Shown: positions 39,077 through 51,583, numbered from the stretch's first letter. The stretch is DNA of 64,000 nt from Tubiluchus corallicola (GCA_030141605.1 JAQGDQ010000818.1:22594-86593); one strand, 5' to 3'. A program made the numbers and translations. Notes: generated from the sequence alone by a model not told the origin.

Positions 39077-39976
39077 CCGTATTTATTCGAGTATAACGCG
39101 CAAAATTTTACCTAAAACAGAACTCAAAGTTTGGGTGTGCATTATAAACGAGGGCTGTGGTGACACACTTAGATGCATCAAACGAATAGATGTGACAACA
39201 ATAACAACAACAACGACGATGACGACGACGACAACAGCAACAACGACAACGACGACAACAACAACAACAACAACAACAATGATGACAACGACTACGACAA
39301 CAACAACAACGACATCAACAACAACAACTACTACATCAACGACAACAACAAAAACAACAGCAGCAACACCAGCAGCAGCAACAACAACGACAACGACAAC
39401 AGCAACAACGACAGCGACAACGACAATGACAACAACAACAACGATGACAACGACAACAACAGCAACAACAACAGCATCAACGACAACAACAACAGTAACA
39501 ACAACAATCACTCTGAATTTTAGAGACTCAGCCAGAAGAAATTCACCTCTAAACATATATCAATATATTATTTGTGCAATGACTCATTAGTCGAAGATAT
39601 TGCTGACCACAATCGCAAAACATCGAATGCAGCCACACCTCTCGACCCACAAAACGCCTATTGTCTATTTTTAGTAACAGTATCCAAAGCATTTGCCGTG
39701 GACTCACTGCAGAGGCGAGGCAGAGCTAAGGAAATGATCAATTACATTTGCGTCATCGGCAGACTTTGTTTCTGCAACTCGGGGTATCAAGAGAAAACGT
39801 TCTGCATATGACGCTTCATTCAAGCTCAAAGTTGTTGATTATGCTGAAATTCATGGAAATCGAGCAGCTAGCCAAGAATTCACTGTACCAGAGACGAAAG
39901 TTAGAGACTGGAGTTGTTCAACAACGTTAGGTGTGCGTGCTATACACGTGCGCGCGTTATAGTCGAATAAATATGG
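39077..39976 (+). mobile_element. pogo/Tigger-family internal-deletion derivative
   Basis: TA-CCGTATTTATTCGAGTATAACGCGCA / GCGCGTTATAGTCGAATAAATATGG-TA TIRs. 39795-39914 reads KRSAYDASFKLKVVDYAEIHGNRAASQEFTVPETKVRDW, like the Brinker-type DNA-binding domain of pogo transposases. Confidence 0.85.
39195..39555 (-). repeat. (AAC)n array = inverted copy b of the (GTT)n unit, nested in the pogo element
   Basis: aacaatcactctgaattttagagactcagccagaagaaattcacctctaaacat is the approximate reverse complement of the copy a flank. Confidence 0.9.
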
Positions 39977-40149
39977 TAGATATTTTGAAAGAGCCAGTGA
40001 CCCATTCAAAAGACTTTTAAAATGGTTCAGAAAATGATCAACTTGTTGATTTATCAAGTTAAAATAGAATAAGAATTGCTGTATTTACTGTTAAAGCGTA
40101 TGTCTGTTATCAATTGATTACTGATGGCAAAAGTTTGTCTTTAATATAA

Positions 40150-40234
40150 TTGTTGTTGTTGCTGTTGTTGTCGTTGTTGTTGTTGTTATTGTTGTCGTTG
40201 TCATCCTTGTTGTTGTTGTTGTTGTGGTTGTCGT

Positions 40235-40269
<35 letters not shown>

Positions 40270-40665
40270 TTGTTGTTGTTGTTGTTGTTGTCGTTGATGT
40301 AGTAGTTGTTGTTGTCATTCTTGTTGTCATTGTTGTTGTTGTTGTTGCTGTTGTTGTCGTTGTGGTTGTCGTTGTTGTTGTTGTTGTGGTTGTTGTTGTT
40401 GTTGCTTCTGCTGTTGCTGTTGCTGTTGTTGTTGTTGCTGTTGTTGTCGTTGTTGTTGTTGTTGTGGTTGTTGTTGTTGTTGTTGTTGTCGTTGATGTAG
40501 TAGTTGTTGTTGTCATTCTTGTTGTCATTGTTGCTGTTGTTGTCGTTGTGGTTGTCGTTGTTGTTGTTGTTGTGGTTGTCATCGTCGCTGTTGCTGCTGC
40601 TGCTGTTGCCATTGTCGTATTTTACACCTGCACACTTAGTGTGCAACAACAAGCTCAGCATTCAA
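40150..40665 (+). repeat. Degenerate (GTT)n array, copy c
   Basis: Direct reading; shares its right flank with copy a. Confidence 0.9.
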
Positions 40666-40731
40666 CAAAAAACTATTAAAATTAGAAAAAACAGCAAGAG
40701 CTTTTCTGCATTTGCAATGTTGCAATTCCAG

Positions 40732-40932
40732 AAAAACTTACTACATCGTCTGACAGCAACCAAGATGTCACTTCAGTAGCTGACGGAAACAGTTTTCCCA
40801 AAAATCCAGTGATCGGATCAAAGGCTAACGATGTCCCAGCAAAAGCTGCTCTAGCAAGCAGTAGCCCTCCCCCTGTTGTGAATGGCTGTGCAGATCTTGC
40901 CATTGATGAAAAAGAAGAAGCCAAGTTGCCTG
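40732..40932 (+). CDS. ANKRD26: ANKRD26-like, coding exon 9
   Basis: aattccag| (E)KLTTSSDSNQDVTSVADGNSFPKNPVIGSKANDVPAKAALASSSPPPVVNGCADLAIDEKEEAKLP |gtatta; open frame, phases 1 to 1. Confidence 0.75.
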
Positions 40933-41289
40933 GTATTATATTTCTATAATGTTACTTCGTAAAGAAATAACTGCATTTTTGTTGAAGCTTCGCAATTTTA
41001 CCTGTGGCGAAATTTTTGACTCGGGGCCAAAAAAAAACTATAAACTACCACCACCAAAATGGCAAGTGACTAAAAATGATATTTTTAAGCGAAATTTAGA
41101 AAAATATGAAGCCAAGGAAAAGATAAAAATGTCAAGTTAAGCAATTTTTGTTTTCAAGCGTTGGAAGTGTGCCAGCTGCATTACTGTACTATTGATAGAC
41201 TATGCTGACTATACTATAGTAATTATTCTATAGTTAAACAGGCTCTAATCAGCTCTTTTTAATCGCATAAACGTTTCCTCAATGCTTTT

Positions 41290-41528
41290 GACTTTTGCAT
41301 TGGAGCGGCCAGTACTTAGGCATTTTTGAGACAATTAGGTATCATGTATTCGTGATAGTTGGGTATTTTAAATTATGCATAAAACAAGGTAATTGATATT
41401 TTAATTACACTTAGAGGCTCTCTATTTTCACAAAATTGCAATTTCTTGCTGGATACAAGGGGGGCTAGGTGACCCTAAAAACCCCGGCCTGTTTCAGAGT
41501 TTTTTGCAATTTGTCATTCTCATCCCTG
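41290..41528 (+). mobile_element. TIR MITE family B, partial copy (3' half)
   Basis: acttttgcat.ggagcggccagtacttagg..ttgtcattctcatccctg. Confidence 0.75.
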
Positions 41529-41796
41529 GAGATAACGTAGAGCTTGGTGTGCTACTAAGTATGTAATGACAAAGGACTGGGCACACATTATAAAGTTTTC
41601 ACAACAAGCCTATTAAAGTCAGTATAATTAGATGGCTGCAGCAAGCAGTTTGGCACGATGCCAAATATTGCTTATCCTACAGGATTCTATGTTCATTCAT
41701 AAACTGTTTGACAGGGCAGATCCAGGCAAACAGGGTAGACACGTATGAATACTATAACTCGATATATGTCATAGTGCCGTATTTCTAGACAACTGG

Positions 41797-42690
41797 TTTG
41801 AAATTTAAACTTAGAAAAATAGACCATAGTTAGGTGATATTGATTTGAAATATAAACTTAGAAAAATAGACCATAGTTAGGTGATATTGATTTGAAATAT
41901 AAACTTAGAAAAATAGACCATAGTTAGGTGATATTGATTTGAAATATAAACTTAGAAAAATAGACCATGGTTAGGTGATATTGATTTGAAATATAAACTT
42001 AGAAAAATAGACCATAGTTAGGTGATATTGATTTGAAATATAAACTTAGAAAAATAGACCATAGTTAGGTGATATTGATTTGAAATATAAACTTAGAAAA
42101 ATAGACCATGGTTAGGTGATATTGATTTGAAATATAAACTTAGGAAAATAGACCATAGTTAGGTGATATTGATTTGAAATATAAACTTAGAAAAATAGAC
42201 CATAGTTAGGTGATATCGATTTGAAATATAAACTTAGGAAAATAGACCATGGTTATGTGATATTGATTTGAAATTTAAACTTAGGAAAATAGACCATAGT
42301 TAGGTGATATTGATTTGAAATATAAACTTAGGAAAATAGACCATGGTTATGTGATATTGATTTGAAATATAAACTTAGGAAAATAGACCATAGTTAGGTG
42401 ATATTGATTTGAAATATAAACTTAGAAAAATAGACCATAGTTAGGTGATATTGATTTGAAATATAAACTTAGAAAAATAGACCATAGTTAGGTGATATTG
42501 ATTTGAAATATAAACTTAGAAAAATAGACCATAGTTAGGTGATATTGATTTGAAATATAAACTTAGGAAAATAGACCATAGTTAGGTGATATTGATTTGT
42601 AATATAAACTTAGGAAAATAGACCATGGTTAGGTGATATTGATTTGAAATATAAACTTAGGAAAATAGACCATAGTTAGGTGATATTGAT
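41797..42690. repeat. Minisatellite, 47-bp unit, ~19 copies
   Basis: ttagaaaaatagaccatagttaggtgatattgatttgaaatataaac. Confidence 0.95.
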
Positions 42691-42804
42691 GTAAAATTTA
42701 CTGTTGACAGATTAAAATGGTTGGCCAAAGAAGTTTTTCTAAGTGATTATTTCTGTACTTCACTTAAGGATAACTGTGATTTAAATTTGTTTTTTCATTC
42801 ATAG

Positions 42805-43893
42805 ATGGCGATGCTGAGAGCGAATGGGATAGCAGCGATGCTGACATTTCTCTAGGTTATGTTCCATCCATGACCTCTCTGCGGGAGGGTGGCAGCCGGC
42901 AAGAGAAGCTGCAGTCTGCAAGCCAGAGCGCCCTCTCTATTGGATCTGTTGTTCCCGATAATCAGGTTGAGACGTCAGTATCGTTACCGCAAAGTAAAAG
43001 CGAATCAGGCAGCAATGCAAAACCAAATGGTGTCAAAGATGATCGGCCTGAAGCAAGTGACAAGAATGACGTTGCTGAAAAAAGTGATAAAGACATTTTC
43101 TCAGTGAATGTGAACGGTTCGTTGGAGAGCGGGGACGTTTACGCAAAACCCGTGGCAACGCCTCGGAAACTTCAGACCGCAAAGGACGATGAAAGTGACA
43201 CCAGCGAACCAGATGAGCTTTCGTCTGATGACCCAAAAATGAGTACAATAAAGAAGTCGCCATTTCAACTGGAAACCGGCACTGAATTGCTAGCAGAGGC
43301 GACACGTCACAGTGAGCTGCCACCAGAGATGTCACGTCACAGTGAGTCGCCACCAAAGATGTCACGTCACAGTGAGGTGCCACCAGAGGCGACACATTAC
43401 AGCGAGTTGCCACCAGAGATGTCACGTCACAGGGAGTTGCCACCAGAGATGTCACGTCACAGCGAGTCGCCACCAGAGATGTCACGTCACAGTGAGGTGC
43501 CACCAGAGATGACACGTCACAGTGAGCTGCCACCAGAGATGACACGTCACAGTAAGCTGCCACCGGAGATGGCACGTCACACTGAGCTGCCACCATTAAA
43601 AGAACAACTAAATAAGAAAACAGACACAGTTAAAAAGAGAACTAGTGTTGATATACTTGGTTTGGATGATGCTGAGATGACTATTGGATTAGCTAAACCA
43701 GGGCAATCTGCTGAGAAGATTGAGAGTGATAAATCAGCACCATCTACTGGTCACTCCAAAAGTGATAGACCAGCACCATCTGGTGGGGAATTGGGGAGTG
43801 ACTGGGATTCTCCATCTGAGGATCTGCCAATCATGATGTCATCTCCGTCTGATGCACTGCCTGCAGAAGATGCAGAAGGTTCTTCTCTAACTG
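42805..43893 (+). CDS. ANKRD26: ANKRD26-like, coding exon 10 (1089 nt, low complexity, internal 10-aa repeat)
   Basis: ttcattcatag| (D)GDAESEWDSSDAD..GSSLT |gtaagt; long open frame matching the 364-aa ORF; phases 1 to 1. Confidence 0.85.
43294..43595 (+). repeat. Coding minisatellite, 30-bp unit x10 (EMSRHSELPP)
   Basis: cagagatgtcacgtcacagtgagctgccac repeated in frame. Confidence 0.92.
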
Positions 43894-43923
43894 GTAAGTG
43901 TTCACTTTTCACATCTTCTTTAA

Positions 43924-44493
43924 CCCTTTCACCACGTAGTTGCTTTTTAACACGGCCGATTTGACTTTTTCACATTTGACAATAACTTCTTGTGGTGTGT
44001 TACTAAAACAGAATCTTATACATAAACGAATAGCCATTTGTTATTAAGCACTATTATTGAATATTAGTTTTATTTGTACATATGCACACACATCTGTGCA
44101 CACATACATGCACTCACGCACGCATGCACGTGCACACCCTCACAAATAAGCACACACTTATATCTAGAAGCCAATTTTCGCAAAAGTCCATATTACTAAT
44201 CCATAATATGCAATTATTTTATAAGAGTGCAGAACAATCAACTAAACATGCATTGCACCAACTATCTACAAGTGATTTTGCCTGAGAAAGAACCATACAG
44301 CACAGTAATCTGGAATGCACCTGGCTTTAGATGCTGAGTGGCTGATTAGCGTTACTTGTTGCGAACCAACCCCAATCCCAACTCTGTTAAACTTTTCTAC
44401 AATGTTTTTACATGGCCGTAGCAGTGAAATAAACAGACACTGCGCTTAGTGTTGAGCTTGGGCGGCAGTTTGCCGCCTTCCGTAGTGAAAGGG
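43924..44493. mobile_element. piggyBac-type MITE, second family
   Basis: TTAA-CCCTTTCACCACG..CGTAGTGAAAGGG-TTAA; interior differs from the other TTAA elements. Confidence 0.78.
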
Positions 44494-44814
44494 TTAATTA
44501 TCTAAACGGAATTTAGTAACGATACCAAGATGCTAGTTCGTTATCTAACCGAATTTCCGACACAGCATTTATAAAAGGGTTCAGTGAGTTTTTGTAATTT
44601 TTCTCAAACTCACTAAAGGCCTTGCTTTATTTTCTAACTAAAAGGGAGGAAAGGCAGCCTTCTTAAGTTTATGGGAGTTGTTGTCACGTTCATTTAGACT
44701 GGAGTCCCCCATTCCATATCACTGGGATGTTGGATCTCCTACACAGTACAGTGCAATACACAATTTACTCATTATGAATTCATCTCCGTCTGTTTTTTTC
44801 TTTGTTTTGCCCGG

Positions 44815-45230
44815 AATGTTGAAAATTGATGAAAACTGTTCACATTATCAAAAGAATTCCTATTTATTTTCTCTAGAATTTTGAAAATTACTGAAAACTG
44901 TTCCTTCATCAAAAGAATTCCTATTTATTTTGTCTAGAATTTTGAAAATTGATGAAAACTGTTCCTTTATCAAAAGAATTCCTATTTATTTTGTCTAGAA
45001 TTTTGAAAATTGCTGAAAACTGTTCCTTTATCAAAAGAATTCCTATTTATTTTGCCTAGAATTTTGAAAACTGTTGAAAACTGTTCCTTCGTCAAAAGAA
45101 TTCCTATTTATTTTGTCTAGAATTTTGAAAATTGCTGAAAACTGTTCCTTTATCAAAAGAATTCCTATTTCTTTTGCCTAGAATTTTGAAAATTGATGAA
45201 AATTGTTCACATTATCAAAAGATTCCCAAT
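44815..45230. repeat. Minisatellite, ~61-bp unit, ~6.5 copies
   Basis: gaaaattgatgaaaactgttcctttatcaaaagaattcctatttattttgtctagaatttt. Confidence 0.9.
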
Positions 45231-45503
45231 TGAAGTTATTTTTAGAACAAATGCAACCTTTTTCGCTTGTGATGTGTCTCCTTAAAAGAGATTGTCTCTG
45301 TGCAATTATTTCCTAGTTAATCAAAAATTGGGAAAATTTTCAGTATGACAGAAATTCGATAGGGGCTAGCTATCATGGAGTAGACCGAAACCTTAAGAAG
45401 ATGGTCTTAAAAACTTTAGAGTTGTTCTACCCTATTGGGGAGCAGGTTATTATGTGGTAAATACCGTCTTCAAGTGCTTTTCCAGAAGTCAAAATATAAC
45501 TCC

Positions 45504-45874
45504 TGTTGTGTTTTGTTTCTCCCGGAAGGCTCGTAGAGAAAACCAGAAAACACTTCGTCAAATTAAACTAGTTTATTAAGCGAGAATTCTAGAACACAAA
45601 AGTATGAAGGAACGCGAAATGTTTACAGTAAACGTCAAAATCTGGAAAACGTTTGAGTGTATCTGAAAATACAGGTATACAAGAGAATGTGTAAGTGGCG
45701 TCCGTGTGAATCAGCGTGTGTGTGTCTCAGCAGCCTGCTTCGCCTTATATAGGGTGCCCGGGAACATTCTAAAAGTAATGTTCCAGAACATTCCAGATGG
45801 TAAGACGATCATTCCAACAGAACATTCTACAATGTTCTATTTAATTCTAATAGTTGCCAGCGATCTCTACAACA
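45504..45874 (-). mobile_element. Solo LTR, copy 2
   Basis: Reverse complement of copy 1; TG..CA ends; TSD ACTCC/ACTCT. Confidence 0.85.
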
Positions 45875-46671
45875 ACTCTAAACCGCAAAACGCTGGAACT
45901 AAACTCGACTCTTATAGTCAGGTGTGACTAAGCATTGTAATTGGTTTGAAGAAACCAAAAAAATTTAAAGTTTAATTTTAAAATTTTACTCTGAAGTAGT
46001 GTCTAGATAATCGCTGAGAGTAGTGACATGTTGAAAAGCAGGAAACATGTGATCAAAATTACAGGTGAAATTAGTTCAGGTGTGAAAACTGTAGAAGCCA
46101 ATGAAATTTAAAGCAGTGAAGAGCAAGATTTAACAATTCTAACAAGTATGCCCAAAGGTGGCAGCACTAGGTAAAAGAGAAAAAGAAAAGCCTGATGAAA
46201 ATATGATGTACAAATTTTGAATAATTAAAATAAGTTTCTTCTGTCCAGTAATATCAGGTGGGATTTCAGTGGAGCAGGTGCCTTGATCAAGGTCAAGGGC
46301 TGGATCAAGGTCAAAGGTCAAAATATAAACTGTAAAGAGTTAAACATTCAGAGATGAACAAGTTATAGTACAAGATGGGATACCGATTTTGGTGTAAAGT
46401 TGCTGATCTTGAGTGGGAAGTTCAAGGTCATATTTCAGTCCAACTCTAGAACCATAAGATTGCCGGTAGATGTTGAACAGGTTTTTAATAAAGTCGTTGT
46501 TGACCTTGAGTGAGCAGTTCAAGGTCAAATACCTCTTGCTATCAAAAACGTTTCAGAAGTTGGGCAATTAAACTTAGGAAACTTGTACTATCACATGGAA
46601 GATGTGGATTATATGTGGTATTTGTGGATGGTTCAGTGTTTTTTCTGTCTCATATTTTCTTTGTTTTTCTC

Positions 46672-47036
46672 TGTTGTGGATCTCTGGCGTCTATTAGAAT
46701 TACATAGAACATTGTAGAATGTTCTGTTAGATTAATCGTCTTACCGTGTGGAATGTTCTGGAACATAACTTCTGGAAGCTTCTCGGGCGCGCTATATAAG
46801 GCGAAGCAGGCCGCTGAGACACACGCAGATTCACACTGACGCCACTTACACATTCTCTTGTATACTTACATTTTCAGATACACTTAAACGTTTTCCAGAT
46901 TTTCACGTTTAGTGCAAACATTTCGCGTTCCTTCATACTTTTGTGTTGTAGAATTCTCGCTTAATAAACTAGTTTAATTTGACTGCGTGTTTTCTGGTTT
47001 TCTCTACGAGCCTTCCGAGAGAAACAAAACAGGACA
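46672..47036 (+). mobile_element. Solo LTR, copy 3
   Basis: TGTTG..GACA; 5-bp TSD TTCTC; HSE-like arrays at 46706-46783; TATATAA at 46793-46799. Confidence 0.87.
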
Positions 47037-47244
47037 TTCTCACATTATTTTCTTTCTTCATTTTCTTCTTAATTAAAGCACTTTTTTTAACTTGAGATCA
47101 ATTTTCAAGCAGTCAAAATAAACCAAGCATTTTTGTTATAGTTTGAGATTTTTACTCATTTTGTGCTGGAAATAGTAAGAACAGCTGCTTTATCTTGTAC
47201 TAGAAGAGTGTGGCTACAAATGTATTAATTAAATTAACAATAAT

Positions 47245-47785
47245 TTTTTATTTATTTATTTATTTATTAAATATATCGACAATGATCATTACAGCATTTT
47301 ACATAAAAGTATTTAGTAACATATTTATTATTATGTGCACAAGATGCCAAGCTGAAAATGACCCTTGGGGTACTCAAGAAGTAATTACTTGTTTAGAGCA
47401 CCCCAAATGAATGTGGACTGAGTGTAATAGAAAAGAGCAGTAAAGGGGTAGAAAAAAAGGTTAATAGAGAATAGAAAGAAGGAGAAAGATGTGATGGTAT
47501 CTGTATGAAGTAACGTGAACTATAGAAATGTAAAAATTGACATAGCCAGAAACGCAATGGATTCTGACAGAGACAGCAGTGTAATTAAGCAAATTGATTT
47601 ATTTTGTATAATTAGAAAAGATTTCACTTTTAAGATTTCTTTTGAAGTTATTTATAGATAAAGAATTTTTTATGTATTCATTGATGTTATTCCAAAGTCT
47701 AGGGCCAGTGTTAGTGATGAAGTGCCTTGCCGCGTCAGTCCTGCAATACTTAATACGAAATTCGTTAAATCTTGTTGAGTTTAAT
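47245..47785 (-). mobile_element. CR1-group LINE 3' end (same family as 23625-24045)
   Basis: Minus strand reads ..HFITNTGPRLWNNINEYIKNSLSINNFKRNLKSEIF.., then the shared 3' UTR and (TAAA)n. Confidence 0.78.
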
Positions 47786-48749
47786 TAATTTAATTAATTA
47801 ATAACATAAACTATTGAGAGATTTCTGTACTTTGTTGTTTTGATGCTATTGAAAAACTACTTATTGAAATTTAGATAAATTCGTGTCACAAGAAGTTATA
47901 AATTTTAGTATTTTTTTATATTGCTAATGCAAATTGAGGGCACAGTACCAAAGCCACTAGTGAGTTGAGCAATTAAATTTGAAAGGTTAAAAACTTGGCA
48001 AGTTTTAAGACTGTCTAATTAATGTGTTTTTTTTTGTTCGTTAATTTTATTGCGATTTTTCTTCGTCAAATTTTTATGCAAATTCTTCACTGTATCGCCT
48101 ATACTATTATTCATATAGAAATGTGTCTACTGCCTAGTCGAAATTGATCAAAAATTTTATTTGATTTAACGTGTTAATAAAGTCGGATTGAATTGAATTT
48201 AGCATCGTCAATATTGAATGATGTCAAAGATGTCCTTTTAGGCGTGCAAGATTGTTGCTATGGATACGCACCAGATGTGTTATAACAAAAAATGCTGTCG
48301 CTTTTAATTGTTTATTATCGACTTGACATTTTATTTTAGGGGTACACAACTATTAAAGGATGGTGTTTTGTTCCTGACTTCAGCATTTATTGTGAATATT
48401 TTGAGAATTTCGAACAGTTTTTCATTGGCGTTTATGACGATGGTTTATCCCAGCTTTAGTTTATTGTTTATTTTGGTCTTTCTTTGATAGTACGTTCCTG
48501 TGACTGCTGGTCTTTGCAAGATGAATAGTTTGCTTTAAAATTAGAGACGAGTTAGCGTTAGAAGGAAAATTTTCTTTGTCTTTCGACAGCGTAGAAATTT
48601 GATCTTTTAGTTAGGTGTTTGCTTGTTGACTGTTGCCAGCTCAAGTTCAGCTCCTAACCTTGAATAGTTTCCATAAATGATTTTATGCTGTGTCGTACTT
48701 TGTTGGGTTGTCTGTATTTTGAACTTTTAATCACTTAGTACTGCTAGTG

Positions 48750-49390
48750 TGAGGCTGAACGAGTTAAAACTGAACACATCATTACAAGATCGTAGAATGA
48801 GAGGCCATAAGTCATTTTTAAGTCATAAGTCATTTATTTCACCTTACACATTTACAATGGTTACATATACAATATCTAGTGTAAGGGCATACAATGGATA
48901 TAATACAAATAAGAAATACTGCACAGGAAAAGCCTCAAACACTGTTCACTTATACACGAAGGTAAATGTGTTGCGGGCAATCAAAAAGCAGGGCTTGTTA
49001 GATTGTCCCACACAGTGAAAGAAAAAAAAGTAATGGAGATAATCTGAAAATTTAAAGTGAATCGTGATAAAAAACATTAGTGCTTAAAATGGAGTGATGT
49101 AATGAACGAAGCTCATATATGGAAATCTCATTGAGGTCTTCAAGTTTGTTCAACTTCAAGGTTATAATAATGTGAATTACGAAACAATGTTCAGATTAAG
49201 AACTTACCCTGGCTTATGAGGACACAGTTTTACTTTTGAAACTAATAGGGGACATTATAATCTAAGAAAGTTCTTTTTTAGTAATAGAACTGCTAGTCTG
49301 TGGAACAGCTAACCTGAGTACATAGTGTTGGCCTCTAGTTCAATTGATTTTCAGGAAAGATATGACAGACATTATCGTAATTTTTTGTAA
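48750..49390 (+). mobile_element. Degraded CR1 ORF2 C-terminus, interrupted at ~48807-49120 by another insertion
   Basis: RLNELKL..SLQDRRMRG / NLIEVFK..GHSF..LRKFFFSNR..LWN.LP..IVLASS..F..RYD matches the CR1 C-terminal consensus, with stops and frameshifts. Confidence 0.72.
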
Positions 49391-49561
49391 AGTAATTTGA
49401 TATCATTAACGGCGACTGTAGTAATCAATTTTGGAAATATTTTAAAATTTATTTGTGAAAAATATTTACACTTTTGCCACACATTAAAATGTATTATGCA
49501 TTATGTATTACTATTATATTTTAAACGAACAAATTAGAAAGGAAGAAAAGAAAAATAGTAA

Positions 49562-50186
49562 GCAGTGGTGCGGCTTGGACCTTGAACAAGTGAAGTTATA
49601 TTGCATTGGTGTGGCTTGGACCTTGAACAAGTGAAGTTATATTGCAGTGGTGCGACTTGGACCTTGAACAAGTAAAGTTATATTGCAGTGGTGCAGCTTG
49701 GACCTTGAACAAGTGAAGTTATATTGCAGTGGTGCGGCTTGGACCTTGAACAAGTGAAGTTATATTGCATTGGTGCGGCTTGGACCTTGAACAAGTGAAG
49801 TTATATTGCATTGGTGCGGCTTGGACCTTGAACAAGTGAAGTTATATTGCATTGGTGCGGCTTGGACCTTGAACAAGTGAAGTTATATTGCAGTGGTGCG
49901 GCTTGGACCTTGAACAAGTGAAGTTATATTGCAGTGGTGTGGCTTGGACCTTGAACAAGTGCAGTTATATTGCATTGGTGCGGCTTGGACCTTGAACAAG
50001 TGAAGTTATATTGCATTGGTGCGGCTTGGACCTTGAACAAGTGAAGTTATATTGCATTGGTACGGCTTGGACCTTGAACAAGTGAAGTTATATTGCATTG
50101 GTGCGGCTTGTACCTTGAACAAGTGAAGTTATATTGCATTGGTGCGGCTCGGACCTTGAACAAGTGAAGTTATATTGCATTGGTGC
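49562..50186. repeat. Minisatellite, 41-bp unit, ~15 copies
   Basis: gca(g/t)tggtgcggcttggaccttgaacaagtgaagttatatt. Confidence 0.95.
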
Positions 50187-50296
50187 TTACAAGTAACTAG
50201 ATACTCACTGCAAATTGCTAGCCAAGGTGCAGAATGAGGTTCACAAAAATTGCTAAATCATTGCCAAATTATGCTTAGTATGAATTATGATACAAA

Positions 50297-50570
50297 TAAT
50301 AATAATAATAATAATCTTTATTTAAAGTTGACTTTTGCGTGAACAATTAACATTAGCTCAAAGAGCTATTATCGCCGACTGTAAATAACAACCTACAACT
50401 GCATAACAGAGACTATTATTACCCCACTTTTACCCTAAATACCACGTGTCAGGCAGGGCAACAGCAGGTACCATTTTTAAAGTCTTTGGTATGACCCGGC
50501 GGCTGGTTCGAACTTACGACCTCCCAGACAGAAAGCAGACGTGTTACCACTAGACTAAGACGTCTGGTAT
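50297..50570 (-). mobile_element. tRNA-derived SINE
   Basis: Minus strand: A box TAGTCTAGTGG, B box GTTCGAACC, body GGTCATACCAAAGACTTTAAAAATGGTACC, and an AATAAAG(ATT)n tail. Confidence 0.7.
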
Positions 50571-50986
50571 AAAGACTAAACCGTCTGATACAAAATGAAA
50601 TAATGCATTTATTGATACATACCAGCTGTGTTGGTAATTAGCTTTATCTAAAACTCTAATCTGGATCTGGCTTACTTTTGCTTGTGTATTTGAATGTTTA
50701 TTTTTATCGTTATTTGTTTATTATAAAAGCATTTATCTTGCATTGTGTAAACAAAGTCGTTCGTTATCAAATTTACGATTTTAGTACTAGAACACAAGTC
50801 TAAGAAATATTGCTTTCTTTCTTAGTAACATTTTAGGATGCGTATAATCATTTTAGTAAATACAAGAACTTCCTGTGTTTGGAATTTAATGGTGTTTTAT
50901 TGATGACGTTTGTGTAGAAACATTCTTTCGTCTTTAGTTTATTTTACAAGCTGATTGATGCGTGAATTATTGCTTAAACTGTGGAA

Positions 50987-51507
50987 CAGGGGTGTGCAAA
51001 TTGCGGCCCGCGAAGAGATTTGTCAACCTAATGAAAGTGCGGCCTGCGGGACAGTTGCGGCCCGCGAAGAGATTTGTCAACCTAATGAAAGTGCGGCCTG
51101 GGCGATTAATTGAGTGTATCCAGCTGAAGTCCGTGCCACGATCCCAAAGATAGTGCGGGTAGTTTTTTCTACTAGATCGGATGCCATTAACCCTTACAAG
51201 ACGGTTGTAGCTTAATGTCACTGTACTACACAGACTGTGTGATACACATTACTAATATAACATTGTAATGAAATTACCACTATCTGTCCTGAAAGTAGAA
51301 ATATATGGTTTGTAATATAAATTTTATTTTAGTAACTTCTAAAATAGTTTCTTGAGTGTAGTAGTAATGATGTACGCAGGTCGGATGCAAAACAAATCGT
51401 TATTAGGCCTTTCTGTACTTGGCTCCTTGACCAAACTGCATGTGGCCCACAGGAATTGCGGGAATGTTTAATGTGGCCTGGCTAGTCAGATAATTTGCAC
51501 ACCCCTG
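50987..51507 (+). mobile_element. hAT-type MITE family A, copy 5
   Basis: Both TIRs present; internal short duplication; flanked by GCTTAAACTGT(G/A)GAA. Confidence 0.88.
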
Positions 51508-51583
51508 GCTTAAACTGTAGAACTTTGAAAAGTATGGACCGTAAAACTAATGTCTCTATTCGTTTTTGTGAATTTTCGACACC

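Noticed and set aside
37950-40679. Poly-V, poly-T and poly-N mucin-like ORFs
   Set aside because: Trinucleotide arrays lying in introns defined by phase-consistent flanking exons
46065-46112. Additional phase-1 exon after exon 10
   Set aside because: Weak acceptor and an in-frame TAA after ~15 codons
46250-46560. Clustered AAGGTCA/TGACCTT motifs as nuclear receptor elements
   Set aside because: More likely the interior of an unclassified dispersed repeat; single copy here and no way to test
45504-47036. Single element with inverted LTRs (DIRS-like)
   Set aside because: Each LTR has its own 5-bp TSD and the ~800 bp between them has no recognisable coding remnant; these are two independent insertions
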